Positions 37,701-50,372 are shown, counted from the whole stretch's first letter. The stretch: DNA of 57,124 nucleotides, filler included, from Squatina squatina (GCA_031763465.1; 3 parts of 3 records of this genome joined end to end with filler, not necessarily neighbours in it), one strand, 5' to 3'. Notes: generated by a model from the sequence alone, not told the origin. Made by a program: numbers and translations.

Positions 37701-38873
37701 AATTTAAGAACGGATGATTTAGGGATTATTGTTACGGTTGAAAGATGGGAACGTGCTTGCACTTGCGGGGGTGGGGGGTTGACTTCAGCATTCGCTGCTA
37801 TCTCACGCAAGCATGGCCACGTTACATCATGGGGCATCTCGGCCAGTTGTCGGTTACATCGTCAGACTGGCAAACCCGATTACAAGACGTTTATAACCGC
37901 TCCTGCAAATTGATCCCCGGATCGCAATTTTATGATTTGTTTCTCTTAACAACTGGCGGGGCCGCGTAAAGCACAAACCTCTGGGTTAATGTTAATCATG
38001 CCCCATTCATCGCGGATGGGACTAGAATATCAGAGAGGTGACCAACCATGCAATCAGATGCCACGATTACATTGATTAATTGGCTTCATCTAGCTTTCTA
38101 CGGAGCCAACTGTTGCATAGTTGCATACCATTCACTGATCAATAAGACCGCATCTTTTTACAGGCGTGTACATTAGGATGCAGTACTTTCAAAGTCAATT
38201 CTGCACAATATTCTTTATGCAAATGTGGACATCCCATTCGTTTCTGATTGTGTTTCTGATATTTGCTGTGAATACCGTTTCTGCTAATTATCAAAGACAC
38301 GCGCGCCTTGACAACCTGGTTGGAATCGCTAGGACATCTCCGCACTTTAATGTTTAAGTAGCACCCACGCAAACTTAAAAACAGGATCCCACAAAACTCG
38401 CTGCAGTGTGCCAAGTGCATCGGTCTGCTCAGGTTAGCCCTACTTACTGCCTCCAAGCAGCCTTAAGTTCATCAGTAAGGGTAAAACACTGAGGCGAGTA
38501 GGGAAAACGTGGACTCGGGGTCACATCAGTCTCTTTTGATCATCCACGGCAGGGATGTGAAACAGAGGTCACACATTCTCATATCGAATGAGTTGTAGCC
38601 GACAACAGCAACTGTTGGAGTTTCCTAGTCATGCAATACCTTCCATCCCTCCTCCCACGTCCTTCGCTGCCACACTGTGTCCCTCTGTGTCCGTCATGCT
38701 TTAGCGATGTGACGGATGCGTGTTTCTGTGAAACATGACGCTGCCTGCCCCGCCAACTTAGCAAAATTTGAGTNNNNNNNNNNNNNNNNNNNNNNNNNNN
38801 NNNNNNNNNNNNNNNNNNNNNNNNNNNNNNNNNNNNNNNNNNNNNNNNNNNNNNNNNNNNNNNNNNNNNNNNN

Positions 38874-39406
38874 ATTCTAGGGACTGCACTTTAGGAAGGA
38901 TGTGAAGGCTTTAGAGATGGTGCAGAAAAGATTTATGAGAATGATTCTAGGGATAAGTGACTTTAGTTACGTGGATAGACTGGAGAAGCTGGGGTTGTTC
39001 TCCATGGAGCAGAGAAGATGGAGAGGAGATTTGATAGAGGTGTTCAAAATCATGAGGGGTCGAGACAGAGTAGATAGAGAGAAACTGTTCCCATTGGCAG
39101 AAGGGTCGAGAACCAGAGGACACAGACTTAAGGTGATTGGCAAAAGAACCAAAGGCAACATAGGAAAAAACTTTTTTACACAGCGAGTGGTTATGATCTG
39201 GAATTCACTGCCTGAAAGGGTGGTGGAGGCAGACTCAATCGTGGCTTTCAAAAGAGAATTGGATAAGTACCTGAAGGAAAAAAAATTGCAGGGCTACGAC
39301 AAAAGGGCAGGGGAGTGGGACTGGCTGAAGTGCTCTTGCAGAGAGCTGACATGGGTTTGAAGGGCCAAATGTTCTCCTTCTGTGCTGTAACCATTCTATC
39401 ATTCTA
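38874..39406 (+). mobile_element. CR1 LINE 3' end (ORF2 C-terminus and 3' UTR)
   Basis: LEMVQKRFMRMI..RLEKLGLFSMEQRRWRGDLIEVFKIM..RTRGHRLK..FFTQRVVMIWNSLP; ends in the attctatcattcta CR1-type tail. Confidence 0.95.
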
Positions 39407-42351
39407 AGCTTCATCAGAAACAGGTACAGAACAAGTGCATGCATATCAAAGCAAATTCTGAATACACTCTAGTGCTTCCTAGCTCAAATGCCATTTAATA
39501 CGCAACGACACTGGAATATTCACCCATTTTTACTTGCTCAGCCTCACTTGTAATCAACTGTTTACTCATTAGTAGAAAAGCAATCTCCCAAATATGTGCA
39601 CGTACAAACAGGCGAATCCTAGTCACCTCAATTCCCAATGTTATTCATTAGCCAGCCTCTATAAATATTAGGCTTACCATTCATTTGGGTCAGAATGATT
39701 TAGATGCATTGCTCTCGGTTATTTTCACAAAATTAATAATTAATATCACAAAAATACAACTGCAAGTTACTTTCTGACATTGCCTTTTCTCTTCTGCAGT
39801 AGTCTTACGTATCAAATGCATGTTAAGAATTGGAATTTGTATCAAGCACAACTAATGCTGTTCCAGGAAAGCTCACGGTGTTNNNNNNNNNNNNNNNNNN
39901 NNNNNNNNNNNNNNNNNNNNNNNNNNNNNNNNNNNNNNNNNNNNNNNNNNNNNNNNNNNNNNNNNNNNNNNNNNNNNNNNNNAAGTAATATATCAATTAT
40001 ACTGGAAAATTCTGTGCCAAATTGCTGTCTATGTGACCTATGGTCTCTAAAGTCTGCAGTCTGTCAGGTCCCTTCTGATTCAGTCAGTAGCTCTGTCTTT
40101 TTTCTCGATTCCACGTTCGAGCAGTGGCACACCTTTTGGTTCTTCTCCCACAGCAGAGACTTCTGACTTGCTGACCCATGAAGTTGCTCTTTGACCTTTT
40201 ATTTGACCTTCTTCACAGGGCCACTTCTGTTTCGCTAGAAATCTCCATTCAGTACCTGTCACTGGCACCTGCTCAGAGGGTCTTTCAGAAATTAAACTCA
40301 AAATGGGTCCCTGGAGATCTCTTGATATTGCTTACAACAGTCTGGTCCTAAGCAGTGAATGGTGTAGTCAACCAATCTCACTAATCATCTATTGGAAACC
40401 ATTTTATTTCTGCCTTCATTCTTTGTAATTTCAATTAGGAAAGGGACCTTTGAGAACATGTGGTGCAGCTCTCATTTCCAACTAGTAATCATTAAAATTA
40501 TGGAATTATATTACCACAAATAGCTGCAAACAAACCTAGCTTGAACTTTTGCTGGATTGTGCATTAGAACTTTTACAATTCATGAAACTCAGCATTGCAT
40601 TGAAAAGACAGCTGTTCTATTCAGCCTCTTTCTAATTAAACATCTGTGATTGAAAACGTTCCCCTCTAATCTGATAGTTGGATGAAAATAAAGATGGTCA
40701 GATGGTCAGAATCAACTCTGAATTGTAGTATTTAATCTCTTCCTGTATGAAGCACATCTGGCCTCTCCATTCACCAAAGCTCAGACTCTGTAATCTTGCT
40801 TTTCCTGAAGGATTGTGTCTATATTAACAAGATCACTACCCTGGAGCAGATCAGTAAAAACAAATCTCTTTACGTCCTCACTTCAGGAATTACAGATGCC
40901 AGGCAGAATGCAGCCCTTGTCGTGTAGCGAAAATGTAAAAGGATGAGAGGAGCTGGGTTAACCGGCGAGCAGTGGCTGTATTTAATGAATTCGCCGAGCT
41001 CTTTAATTTTAACAGAGTCTGCTTGGAGCTCATTTAAAAACCTGGAAGACTGGAGCCTGGTGATGGAGGCAGGCCTGGCAGTATTCCTGGGGAGAGGTGG
41101 ATATGTTGAGGCGGAATTTGTGATCGGAGGCTTCCTGTGTGCGGATACCTCTGCTCATAAATATCTCTACGAACATACCTGAGGGCCCGGGAGCCATGTA
41201 AACTTGCTGTCTTCTGCCTCCATAGTTGGGCATGGGCAGCGGGGCCTCTCCTCTCTCATGTGTGAGTCCTTCGGAGAGATTGGAGAGGTCACATGGGAGG
41301 CCCCAACCTATCAGGTAGGAGTGTCTCCCATTCATGCTTTTACAGATCTGGTCCATATATGGCAGGTTTGTAAAAGTATGAATGGGAGATACAAGCACAT
41401 CAAAAAACATTTTAAAAACTACTGTAACATTAAAATAAAAAAAAAAGNNNNNNGAGGATGCACAGTGCCAGGTTCAACCTTCGCGAGCAGCCAGGCAGGG
41501 GATGGAATCAGGAGCTGAGATGTGGAGTGTCTGGTGAGAAAGAAAATAAGTTGGCGCTGGTCTCACTACTCTTTGGCTAGAGGTAGCTGTGGCTCATCCA
41601 CGTCAAGATTGGGGAACAAGAAATTATGACACAAATACATTGATAATATACAAGAGTTTCTTAGGGAAAACAGACACCATCTGAATATAGACATAAAAAA
41701 CAGTTAGCTGCACATCCTCTCCGTAATTTAGAGGACCCATCTGTGTTAGCATTTAAAATGGTTTTGGCAAAGGAGGTATAGAAGCAGTATTAATATTCTA
41801 TAAAGTCTGAATTGACATTGAGCTTGTTAAGTACGTGAAGCCATAACAGACAGAGAACCACTGTAAATGGAAACAATAAATCTTGATATAGCACAAAGCT
41901 GAATGTGATCTGTCTGTATTTTCTTTCAACCCTGTCAGAGCTGACTACTCACTAGCTCTACGTAATGGCACAGAGCAAAGCATGGGCAAATCTCACATTT
42001 TACATTCCATCATTTTCTTAATCCCCTGTTACTTCAGCCTCGGTGAAGGCTACTAATTGGCTGAGATCCCTTTTGAGCCTCTCCAAAGGCTTTCCGACTT
42101 TTTGTCCCCCCATATCATGGCACCTACGTTTAATTGTTTCCATCCTTTTTAAGTCTCATTCACATGCAATTTTCCACTCACACCACTTGTGTCTTGCCTG
42201 AAACGTTCTAATTTGTACCTGGAGTTGTGAATAATTATTCAAATGAGCTTGCACGAGAATCAAATACGATTTGCATTTGGCCTTTCAGGCAGGATTAGCA
42301 CTAGTTCTAAACAATTTTGTAACAACTTGGACCTGGATGAAAATCAACCCC

Positions 42352-42451
42352 NNNNNNNNNNNNNNNNNNNNNNNNNNNNNNNNNNNNNNNNNNNNTTAAT
42401 TAATTAANNNNNNNNNNNNNNNNNNNNNNNNNNNNNNNNNNNNNNNNNNNN
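42352..42451. other. Artificial scaffold linker (44 N + TTAATTAATTAA + 44 N)
   Basis: Same design as 26327-26426. Confidence 0.95.
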
Positions 42452-43663
42452 CAGTCTTGCTCAATTAGCACTGATCCTGGAACCATTAGCGCTGATTTGT
42501 AGCTGATTTTATAGTCTGCCTGAAAAAAAAATTAAAGTGCCCAATACTTAAATCATCAGCACAAAATGGGCCTGAAAAACAGGCCTTTTGGTCCCCTTAA
42601 GTTTGAAACGCAGCGCAGACTAATTGGGCCCCCAGTGACTTCACACCACAATTATTATAAACAGACAAGTTTGAGACAAGTTTTTCAGCATTCGCTTGTG
42701 AGGCTGAATCTACCTCACCTGATGATTTTCTTGCGGTGAGAAGACAGATGAGTGTGTTTATTTAGTATAAAACTCAAAAATTATATTACACTAAAAATAA
42801 CACAGAAAAATTTGGATATGGTGCTGAGCCGTCTATCTGATTATCTTGTGAAACATTTGCCTTTATCCAGAGTCTAGCATACTGACTGGCTGAAAAAAGA
42901 CTGTAAATCAAAGTGGTATAATACCTGCTTGTCACACTGAATTTAAAGCAATGATAGATTTGTATTATGCCTGATAAATTGATTACTCAAATGTCAGAAA
43001 CAAAGAGACTTTATCTATTGAATTTGGTCTGTCTGGTTCACTAAAACCTTTTGGTCTCAGTTCAGATCAAGTGTATATTTGAAATAACTAAAACCTGAAA
43101 ATATGTAGATCCAATCTTTACCAAGTCTGGGAGAAGGTGCAGATGCCAAATAATTGGGGGGAAAATGCTTAGAAAATTGCTCAGTATCTCATACATATTG
43201 CAGAATAAGAATGAAAAATATTTGCTAATTGTAAAACGCATTTGTAAACACATTTCTCAGCTAATCTTGAAGCCATTGGTGTCACAGAAGAGAAAGTACA
43301 ATATAGTTACAAAAGAGTGTTCTTAGAAGTATATACTTTAATTAAAAAAACAGCTTCTCAATTTCCTTGTGAGCAGTTTCGTTATAGAAATGACAATAAT
43401 TTTTAACCATTTTTACCAATATACTGCATCTTGCATTGTGTCTCACAATAAAAGGTTGCATTTATCAAAAAGGAAACACTCTTAATACATTTAGAAAACT
43501 TCAAGTGGTTAACACCATCAGGAAATGAAACCCAAAACCATTTCCAGAGGGCATCTGAAAAGGNNNNNNNNNNNNNNNNNNNNNNNNNNNNNNNNNNNNN
43601 NNNNNNNNNNNNNNNNNNNNNNNNNNNNNNNNNNNNNNNNNNNNNNNNNNNNNNNNNNNNNNN

Positions 43664-43765
43664 TTGTCAGCATAGATTATGTGCTCTAATTCCTGGAGTG
43701 GGTTTTGAACCCACTACCTTCTGGCTCAAAAGTGAGACTGCTATCACTGAGCCAAGGCTGACACA
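43664..43765 (-). mobile_element. SINE 5' head fragment (same family as 53150 and 56677)
   Basis: Reverse complement tgtcagccttggctcagtgatagc...gggttcaaaacccactccagg contains A and B boxes. Confidence 0.8.
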
Positions 43766-43992
43766 TTGGGGAGGTGACTGATTTTTCATTTAATTTACAG
43801 CAGGAGTTCCAGTGGTACTATATTCTATCGTGTAACAAAGTAATGCAGTGCAGCATATGGTGAAAACAAATGAGACAAATGTCCTGCCCTAGAATAAATA
43901 CATTTGCCAAAGCTAGCTGGAGAGGTAACACTGATGGGTGCCTTAGCAGCTCACTGGGTGTATGCAAATATTGTCTCTTTTTACCTTCACAG

Positions 43993-44340
43993 GAGAAAAG
44001 GAGGATTTAATGATCACACAGCAACCCCCAGCAGTTAATATTACTGAGGGAGATCCTGTCACAATGACATGTTCGTGGAACAACAGCCAGAGTGAGAGTG
44101 TTAGAGTGGACTGGTTAAAGGACAACGTCAACATTTTTACAAAAAACAAACATAACATGCACAAATCCAAAGCAGGACAATAATATCACACCCACCAACA
44201 TTTTCGGTAAGGGTAGACCTTCTGGACATGCATTCTCTGTGGTGTTTAATGCTATGGTGCAGTTAAACCTTACCGTGGTCCAGCTTATCTGTGTCCCCAG
44301 GTCTCTGAAGTATAACGTAATGATGGAGGAGAGCGCAAGG
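43993..44340 (+). pseudogene. Decayed immunoglobulin V-set exon (CD28H/TMIGD2- or NCR3-like)
   Basis: Phase-1 acceptor ttaccttcacag|; [39 protein letters not shown] has the B-strand Cys and C-strand Trp. Stop at 44181-44183; an in-frame AYLC lies 74 codons after the first Cys, behind further stops. Confidence 0.7.
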
Positions 44341-44499
44341 TTCTTAATTACTTTGGTTTCTTTCAGTAGTGGACCACCTATGAACAGGAAAGACCAGGAA
44401 CAACATTATGTTTATATCATCACTTCGGTAAAGGCAGAGTGAACATTTATTGCATTACAGTAAGCTGCCAAAATAAATCAAGATTAGAAAAATCTTGGT

Positions 44500-44760
44500 G
44501 CACAATGCTCATTTAAAAACATGAATGGTGGGAGAGTGGAACTCATTGCTACATGGATTGGTTGAAGCATGTAGCATTGATGCATTTACGAGGAGGCTAA
44601 ATGCAAAAATGAGGGAGGAAGGGAATAGAAGGAGAAAAGAGCAAGGTGGGAAATGGTAATTAGAGTCGGAGGAAGCTCGTGTGGAGTATAGACACTGGGA
44701 GAAATCAGTTGGGCGGAATGGCCTGCTCCTGTGCTGTACATTCTATGTAATGCTATGTAG
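44500..44760 (+). mobile_element. Decayed CR1 LINE 3' end
   Basis: tggaactcattgc..gttgaagc..gcattta; ends ggcggaatggcctgctcctgtgctgtacattctatgtaatgctatg. Confidence 0.8.
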
Positions 44761-44852
44761 CTAAATAGAATTTTAATAAATCATATTTCATAATTTTACT
44801 GTTTAGTACTTGCATCTTAATTCATAACTAAATTTGACCTGATCAACATTAC

Positions 44853-45198
44853 CTGTTGTATCTCTGCTGAAGCATTCCTAGTGTAACTGTTGTATTCATT
44901 TATCAATGACCTGACGTAACAGTTCACCCTCACTGCAGTGCTGTGGATCCGTTGCCACCTATTTTTTTCGAGCTTATAGAAAATCTTGGACAGCTCTGTG
45001 GTGATTGTCAATGCTCTCTTCAGCAGTGCCTGCAGGCTGCCTTGTAAATTTTGCTGAGATGTTATGACAAGCTCGTTGTGTCCATCACCTTCCACACTGA
45101 TGGGTTTTGATTGAAGTATGCTCATGCACTCACATTCTGCCATCAATCTCAAGTCCTCCATCCAACGCTGCACAGAATCCATTTCCATTAGATGCATG
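44853..45198 (-). CDS. INSC: Inscuteable (spindle orientation adaptor) exon containing the LGN-binding segment
   Basis: 346-nt exon (ttttctag| ... CAG|gtaatg); MHLMEMDSVQRWMEDLRLMAECECMSILQSKPIS matches recalled human LHLMQVDSVQRWMEDLKLMTECECMCVLQAKPIS. Confidence 0.95.
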
Positions 45199-45621
45199 CT
45201 AGAAAAAGGATATCATGAAGTTAGAAAACAAAATCGAGTTAATGCTGTCACTGTAGTAGTATTTTTTTGTACTTCCTCCTCCTTTACTGATAGCACTGAC
45301 ACGGTCTGTACATGATTACACGGGTTAAAAAAAATCCTCCAATATTTTCTGAAGTGCCTAGTGTTTATTTGTGCGATTAGACAATGGTCCTGAATTTCTT
45401 TGCTAATCTTCAATACTTATCTCATTGTTATACCGTGCTGAAAAGATTGAGGAAATTTGCATTTTAGCACATTTGCGTATATTAATGCCGTTATTATGTT
45501 AAACGCAAGTTTCCTTGATCTNNNNNNNNNNNNNNNNNNNNNNNNNNNNNNNNNNNNNNNNNNNNNNNNNNNNNNNNNNNNNNNNNNNNNNNNNNNNNNN
45601 NNNNNNNNNNNNNNNNNNNNN

Positions 45622-45698
45622 ATGATCATATTGAATGGCGGCGCAGGCTCGAAGGGCCTAATGGCCTACTCCTGCACCTATTTTCTATGTTTCTATGT
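45622..45698 (+). mobile_element. CR1 LINE 3' terminus
   Basis: gaatggcggcgcaggctcgaagggcctaatggcctactcctgc followed by the ttctatgtttctatgt tail. Confidence 0.75.
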
Positions 45699-46984
45699 AC
45701 CAATGAGAGCTCATGCACAGAGCCTTCACCTCCAAACACTGTACACTAAGTTGTATATAATCTGTACATTTTGTATAGTGCTTGGACATTAAAAGGGTTA
45801 AAATATTAAACCTGTGTGCTGGTGGGGCTACACAGGCAGCTGGTAGATCTGGAAAGGGGTACACGATAAGTTAAGTTTGGGAATCTCTGTTCTAAAGGGA
45901 TTATGTTATTCCTTGTACATAAAAATTTCACAGTGAATGCATAACTAAGTATACATTGTTAATATGTGAAAGACATAAAACATCCTGGGAAATTACTGAC
46001 TTCACTAATCTGTCCAGTAACAAAACCAACGTGGTACACATCCAAGTGTATTTATGCAAATATCTAACATTTTAATGCACATTTCTTTCGTTTTTTTTTA
46101 AACATTTCAAACGTTGACTTGCATATATTTCTCTGCGATTTTTGAGACAAAAGTAGGCTTGTTTTTCATTTAAAAAATACATCACACAGAAAGAAAACAA
46201 TAGCTTCAAATAAACTGTCTGACAAAACAATCTCTTCAACAATTCGCATTAGACAATGACATTAGAAGTGTTTTCCCATGAGACCAATTTCCTGGATTGT
46301 GAGAAATATTAAGTCAGAATGATCTCTCTTCCTGGCAGCCAGCAGACATCCTGATGGATCGACCACAAGCTCAGTAGTCCTGCACATAGAAGATGAAGGA
46401 AGTTCAAACATTTATTTTAAACAAACATTGCATCCTGTTTGGAGGACACCATGCCCTGCTCTCGAAGAAGCTCCCATTGTCTGAAAAGGTTTGAAAGAAA
46501 AAATAAATGATATAGCCTTCAGGCAGCAAAGTATTGTTCCTTCCTGTCCTTTTGACTGTCCTCACCTTCTTTGTGTTCTAATTACAAATGCAGGGCTCCC
46601 ATATCTGGTCCTCTAATATGCCTCCTTTCCAAACACCAGCTGCTTCGATTGATCATGGCAGTGTTGCATTTACAGCACCGATAGCTCAGTGCTTCAGTCA
46701 GTAAGTTATACTAATTTTAACTTGACCAGTATAGTTGTATTTACACCACTGCTTTAGCTATGTCATTTTGTAACCCCAATCCTTTGAGGCTGTTAACTTG
46801 CTTAACGAAAGTGAAAAAACTGCAAATGCCAGAAATCTGAAATATTTTCTGACAAAGGGTTTGTACTCAAAATGTTAACTGATCTTTTCTCTTTTCAGAC
46901 ACTGATAAACCTGTGAAGGGAATCCAGTGTTGAGGATAACTGTCATGTTCCTGGATGGGGGGACGGATTGGAGTGGGGTGGCAG

Positions 46985-47081
46985 GTTTTTTCTTAATTCG
47001 TTCCGGGATGTGGCAAGGCCAGCATTTATTGCCCATCCCTAATTGCCCTTGAGAAGGTGGTGGTGAGCTGCCTTCTTGAAC
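46985..47081 (-). mobile_element. LINE/SINE 3' tail fragment
   Basis: gcatttattgcccatccctaattgcccttgagaaggtggtgg is the reverse complement of the tail at 49232-49272. Confidence 0.75.
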
Positions 47082-47182
47082 NNNNNNNNNNNNNNNNNNN
47101 NNNNNNNNNNNNNNNNNNNNNNNNNNNNNNNNNNNNNNNNNNNNNNNNNNNNNNNNNNNNNNNNNNNNNNNNNNNNNNNNNT

Positions 47183-47390
47183 GTCCTTGGCTTCCTATAC
47201 TGTTCTAATGAAAGCTCAATGGAAGCTCAAGAAACAGCACCTCATCTTTCTATTTACAGACTTACATCTCTAACTTTTTCCAGTTTTGATGAAAGACCAT
47301 CGACCTGAACTGTTTCTCTCGCCACAGATCACAGATCACAGATGCTGCCTGACCTACTGAGTATTTCCAGCATTTACTGTTTTTATTCCA
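47183..47390 (+). mobile_element. Penelope-like element 3' end (GIY-YIG C-terminus and terminal repeat)
   Basis: Frameshifted VLGFLYCSNE / AQWKLKKQHLIF resembles the recalled PLE endonuclease C-terminus; then ttgatgaaagaccatcgacctgaac and gatgctgcctgacctactgagtatttccagcattt, as in 16126-16161. Confidence 0.7.
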
Positions 47391-48896
47391 CTGCTACTTG
47401 TCAGTCAAACCTGCTTGCTTTGGTTTTTAACAGTTCACAGCTAGATGGAACACTGCTTGGAGGTGGTAGTGAGAGGGGAAGAAACAAAAATGGACTTTGT
47501 CCAAGTTATCCATCTTAAATCATGTTCATTCCTGGGTCATTACTGAGTGTCATGAACGAAGTCATAAATATGCCTGCAGCTCTAACCCCTGTACTTGCTA
47601 TTTATTAACCATCACTTTTATTCATCACATAACTCATAGAAACAGACTACACTGCAGGGCTTGGTATCTTAATAAAAAAACAACAGCAATGCTTGGTTTT
47701 GCAAATCGTAAGCTAAAAGGGCCAAGCGAGTTATGTCAGGCCCACTCATTGGTAGTGCCATATGCCTGTGCTGGGCAGTAATTGCCTTCCAGTGCATCAT
47801 CTATCAACTGGAACCGGAANNNNNNNNNNNNNNNNNNNNNNNNNNNNNNNNNNNNNNNNNNNNNNNNNNNNNNNNNNNNNNNNNNNNNNNNNNNNNNNNN
47901 NNNNNNNNNNNNNNNNNNNAGCTGAAACTTGACAGGTCGCAAGTTCCGGGCTTTTGCGCATGTGCAACGCACGTGGAAACCTGGAACTTGCGGGGCACTT
48001 ACGTTCATATCCGGGCCATTATGTACACTTGTTTTATTTAAATAAAACACATAAATAGAGTTGGCTTTTAAGATACTTAAAAGTCTTTTCAATTGGACAT
48101 GCTTCATTAACGACAACAAAATAGCATACTTGCATCAGGCTCCGATACAATTTGGAACAGTATTGTTGACAAGCAGTGGCAGATTTATCCATACAAGGCT
48201 GTAGATATCCAGTCAGAGAAAAGATAATTGTCTCCTCTGTTAAGAGAGGTTGACTGCATTCTATGAACTCTGAAGAAAAGTAATTGTGAAGTGCCAGCAG
48301 GATCTACGTCTATGAAATGACTTGTATGCTGAGCCATTGCCTCTCAGACTAAAACACAGATTAATTACTTTATCCAGGCTGGATGATGCTAAAGTTCAGG
48401 TGTTTTCATGATAAATAATTTGTGGTACAAGCCCTCCTAGAGAACCTCTCACCATGATGTCCACTAATAAACGACTTGAACAAAGCTTTGTTTGTACAGT
48501 GATATTTTGTACTCATGCAAATGTGACATTGGTGTCTGTCAAGCAGAACAATAATCCAAAAGAGTATTAAAATAGGAATGACAGTTCTGTAGTAAGTACA
48601 TATAGCAACAAAGAGCAGCACCTCAACAATATTCTTCATTTTTAATGATCTAATTTAATGGAGAATTACTTGTACCTTTTAAGGGTATAGTTAGAGATCA
48701 AGTATATATTTTACAGAACTGTGTGCACACTTCAGGGCAAAACTCACTGTTGATGAAACTGACGGTGGTTAAAGGGGCATGTTCTTGTTGGTTACTTCCA
48801 GAGGCAATGTAGATTCACACTGTATTCCTTCAAATTTAACCCTTTTCGTTGACTATTTTTTCCTCATGCTGTCACTCAATGGATTGTTTTGTCAAT

Positions 48897-49290
48897 GTGA
48901 GGGTATGGTAGCATAGTGGTTATGTTATTGGACTAGTAATCCAATAGCATGGACTAATGATCTCAAGAATATGAGTTCAAATCCCACCATGACAGCTGGT
49001 GAATTTAAATTCAGCTAATTAAATAAATCTGGAATTAAAAAGCTAGTGTTAGTAGCAGTGACATGAAACTACCAGATTGTTGTAAAAACCCATCTGGTTC
49101 ACTAATGTAGGGAAGGAAATCTGGCCTACATGCGACCCCAGACCCACAGCAATGTGGTTGATTCTGAAATGGCTAGTAAGCCACTCAGTTCTACCAAACT
49201 GCTATAAAGAAGTACTGCAGCAGTTCAAGACCACCACCTTCTCAAGGGCAATTAGGGATGGGCAATAAATACTGCCCCTGCCAGATGGAA
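48897..49290 (+). mobile_element. tRNA-headed SINE with LINE-derived tail
   Basis: A box ggtagcatagtgg, B box gagttcaaatccc, tail cttctcaagggcaattagggatgggcaataaat. Confidence 0.8.
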
Positions 49291-49899
49291 CATTCTGGGT
49301 TATAGTTGTGCCATAGTATTCTCTATGCCATGTACATTACACATTTCATGGCAAGCCTAACAGCATTATTCCCCACCAATAAAAAAACAATATACATATT
49401 CTCCAAATCCAACAGACTAACTTGCCTTCCTGCTATAATTCCAAAGCTTTTTTTTTTACACATTCTGTTCAACCTGTTAGTATGAGCCAGGGAATATCAG
49501 TTCTAGAGAGACAAGGCCTGGATTACAGAAGATTATTCCACAATGGATTATTTCCTTGCTTTGGCATTTATAATGGTTGATAAATATGTAACAAAACTAA
49601 AATCTAATCTTTATACAGTTTCCATTGATTTGGATGCAACTTCTGGTAAAGAAATGAGACAAGATTGGTTTATGTCTAAAATTAGTGGTTATTTTAACGT
49701 CAAAGCACTTGAATACAAGAGCTGGAATCAAAGTAGATTCAATGGGAGACTTTCAAATGAATTCACTGTATCTTCAGTAATGCTACCTTGCTGCTTGACG
49801 ACCTTTATTAATGCATTGCATCAAAATGAGAAGATTCTGGTAATGAAGGATTGCTGCACCAGAGCCTCTGGGAGTAGCAGAAGTGTGGGCTGCTGCTTG

Positions 49900-50230
49900 A
49901 GGCGAGCATTCCCTATAGATTGCACCTCTGGGGTCTACCTGCCTTTCTTCTGCCACATTCCCAGGCCACAGGAGCCTTTTCCTGTTTTTACATGCTTCCC
50001 CGTCCCCTACTCTGCTATTCAGCTGTAACTATTTACACTCCTGCCCTCCACTCTATTCCAGACCTTTCCCTTCTGTTCTATCTCTGCCCCCTTTTCCCTG
50101 GCTCAGAACTTGCTTAAACATTGTTCATCTCCAACATCTTCCAGTTCTGATGAAATGTTATCGACCTGAAACTTCAACTCTGTTTCTCTTTGCACAGATG
50201 TTGCCTGACCTGCAGATTGTTTTTTGTTTT
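49900..50230 (+). mobile_element. Penelope-like element 3' UTR/terminal repeat with hammerhead-like core
   Basis: Pyrimidine-rich tract, then CTGATGA-aatgttatcgacct-GAAAC (50147-50172) and cagatgttgcctgacctgc. Confidence 0.65.
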
Positions 50231-50275
50231 AATTTTAGTAATATATTGTTGTGAATTTATTGTTGTGAATTTATC

Positions 50276-50372
50276 CATCTGTTGGATGAGACGTTAAACC
50301 AAGCCCTCTCAGGTGGACATAAAAGATCCCATGGCATTATTTCGAAAAAGAGCAGGGGAGTTATCCCTGGTG
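50276..50372 (+). mobile_element. DeuSINE core fragment
   Basis: aaaagatcccatggcattatttcgaaaaagagcaggggagttatcc matches 53320-53365. Confidence 0.85.

Noticed and set aside
43062-43253. Minus-strand ORF starting MCLQ, considered as the next INSC exon
   Set aside because: Similarity limited to three residues, and no suitable splice sites.
46430-46505. Strong minus-strand acceptor (ttttctttcaaaccttttcag) inside the INSC intron; also donor-like sites near 54805 and 54850
   Set aside because: No homology and no paired splice site; the flanking INSC exons already join in frame.
47936-47992. Hairpin cgcaagttccggg...cctggaacttgcg as a candidate miRNA
   Set aside because: No mature miRNA recognised; GC-rich, gap-adjacent sequence more consistent with a DNA transposon fragment.
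49543-50028. 161-aa ORF without X; also 34238-34627
   Set aside because: No recognisable domain or splice structure; the first runs into a Penelope-derived repeat, so both are probably chance ORFs.
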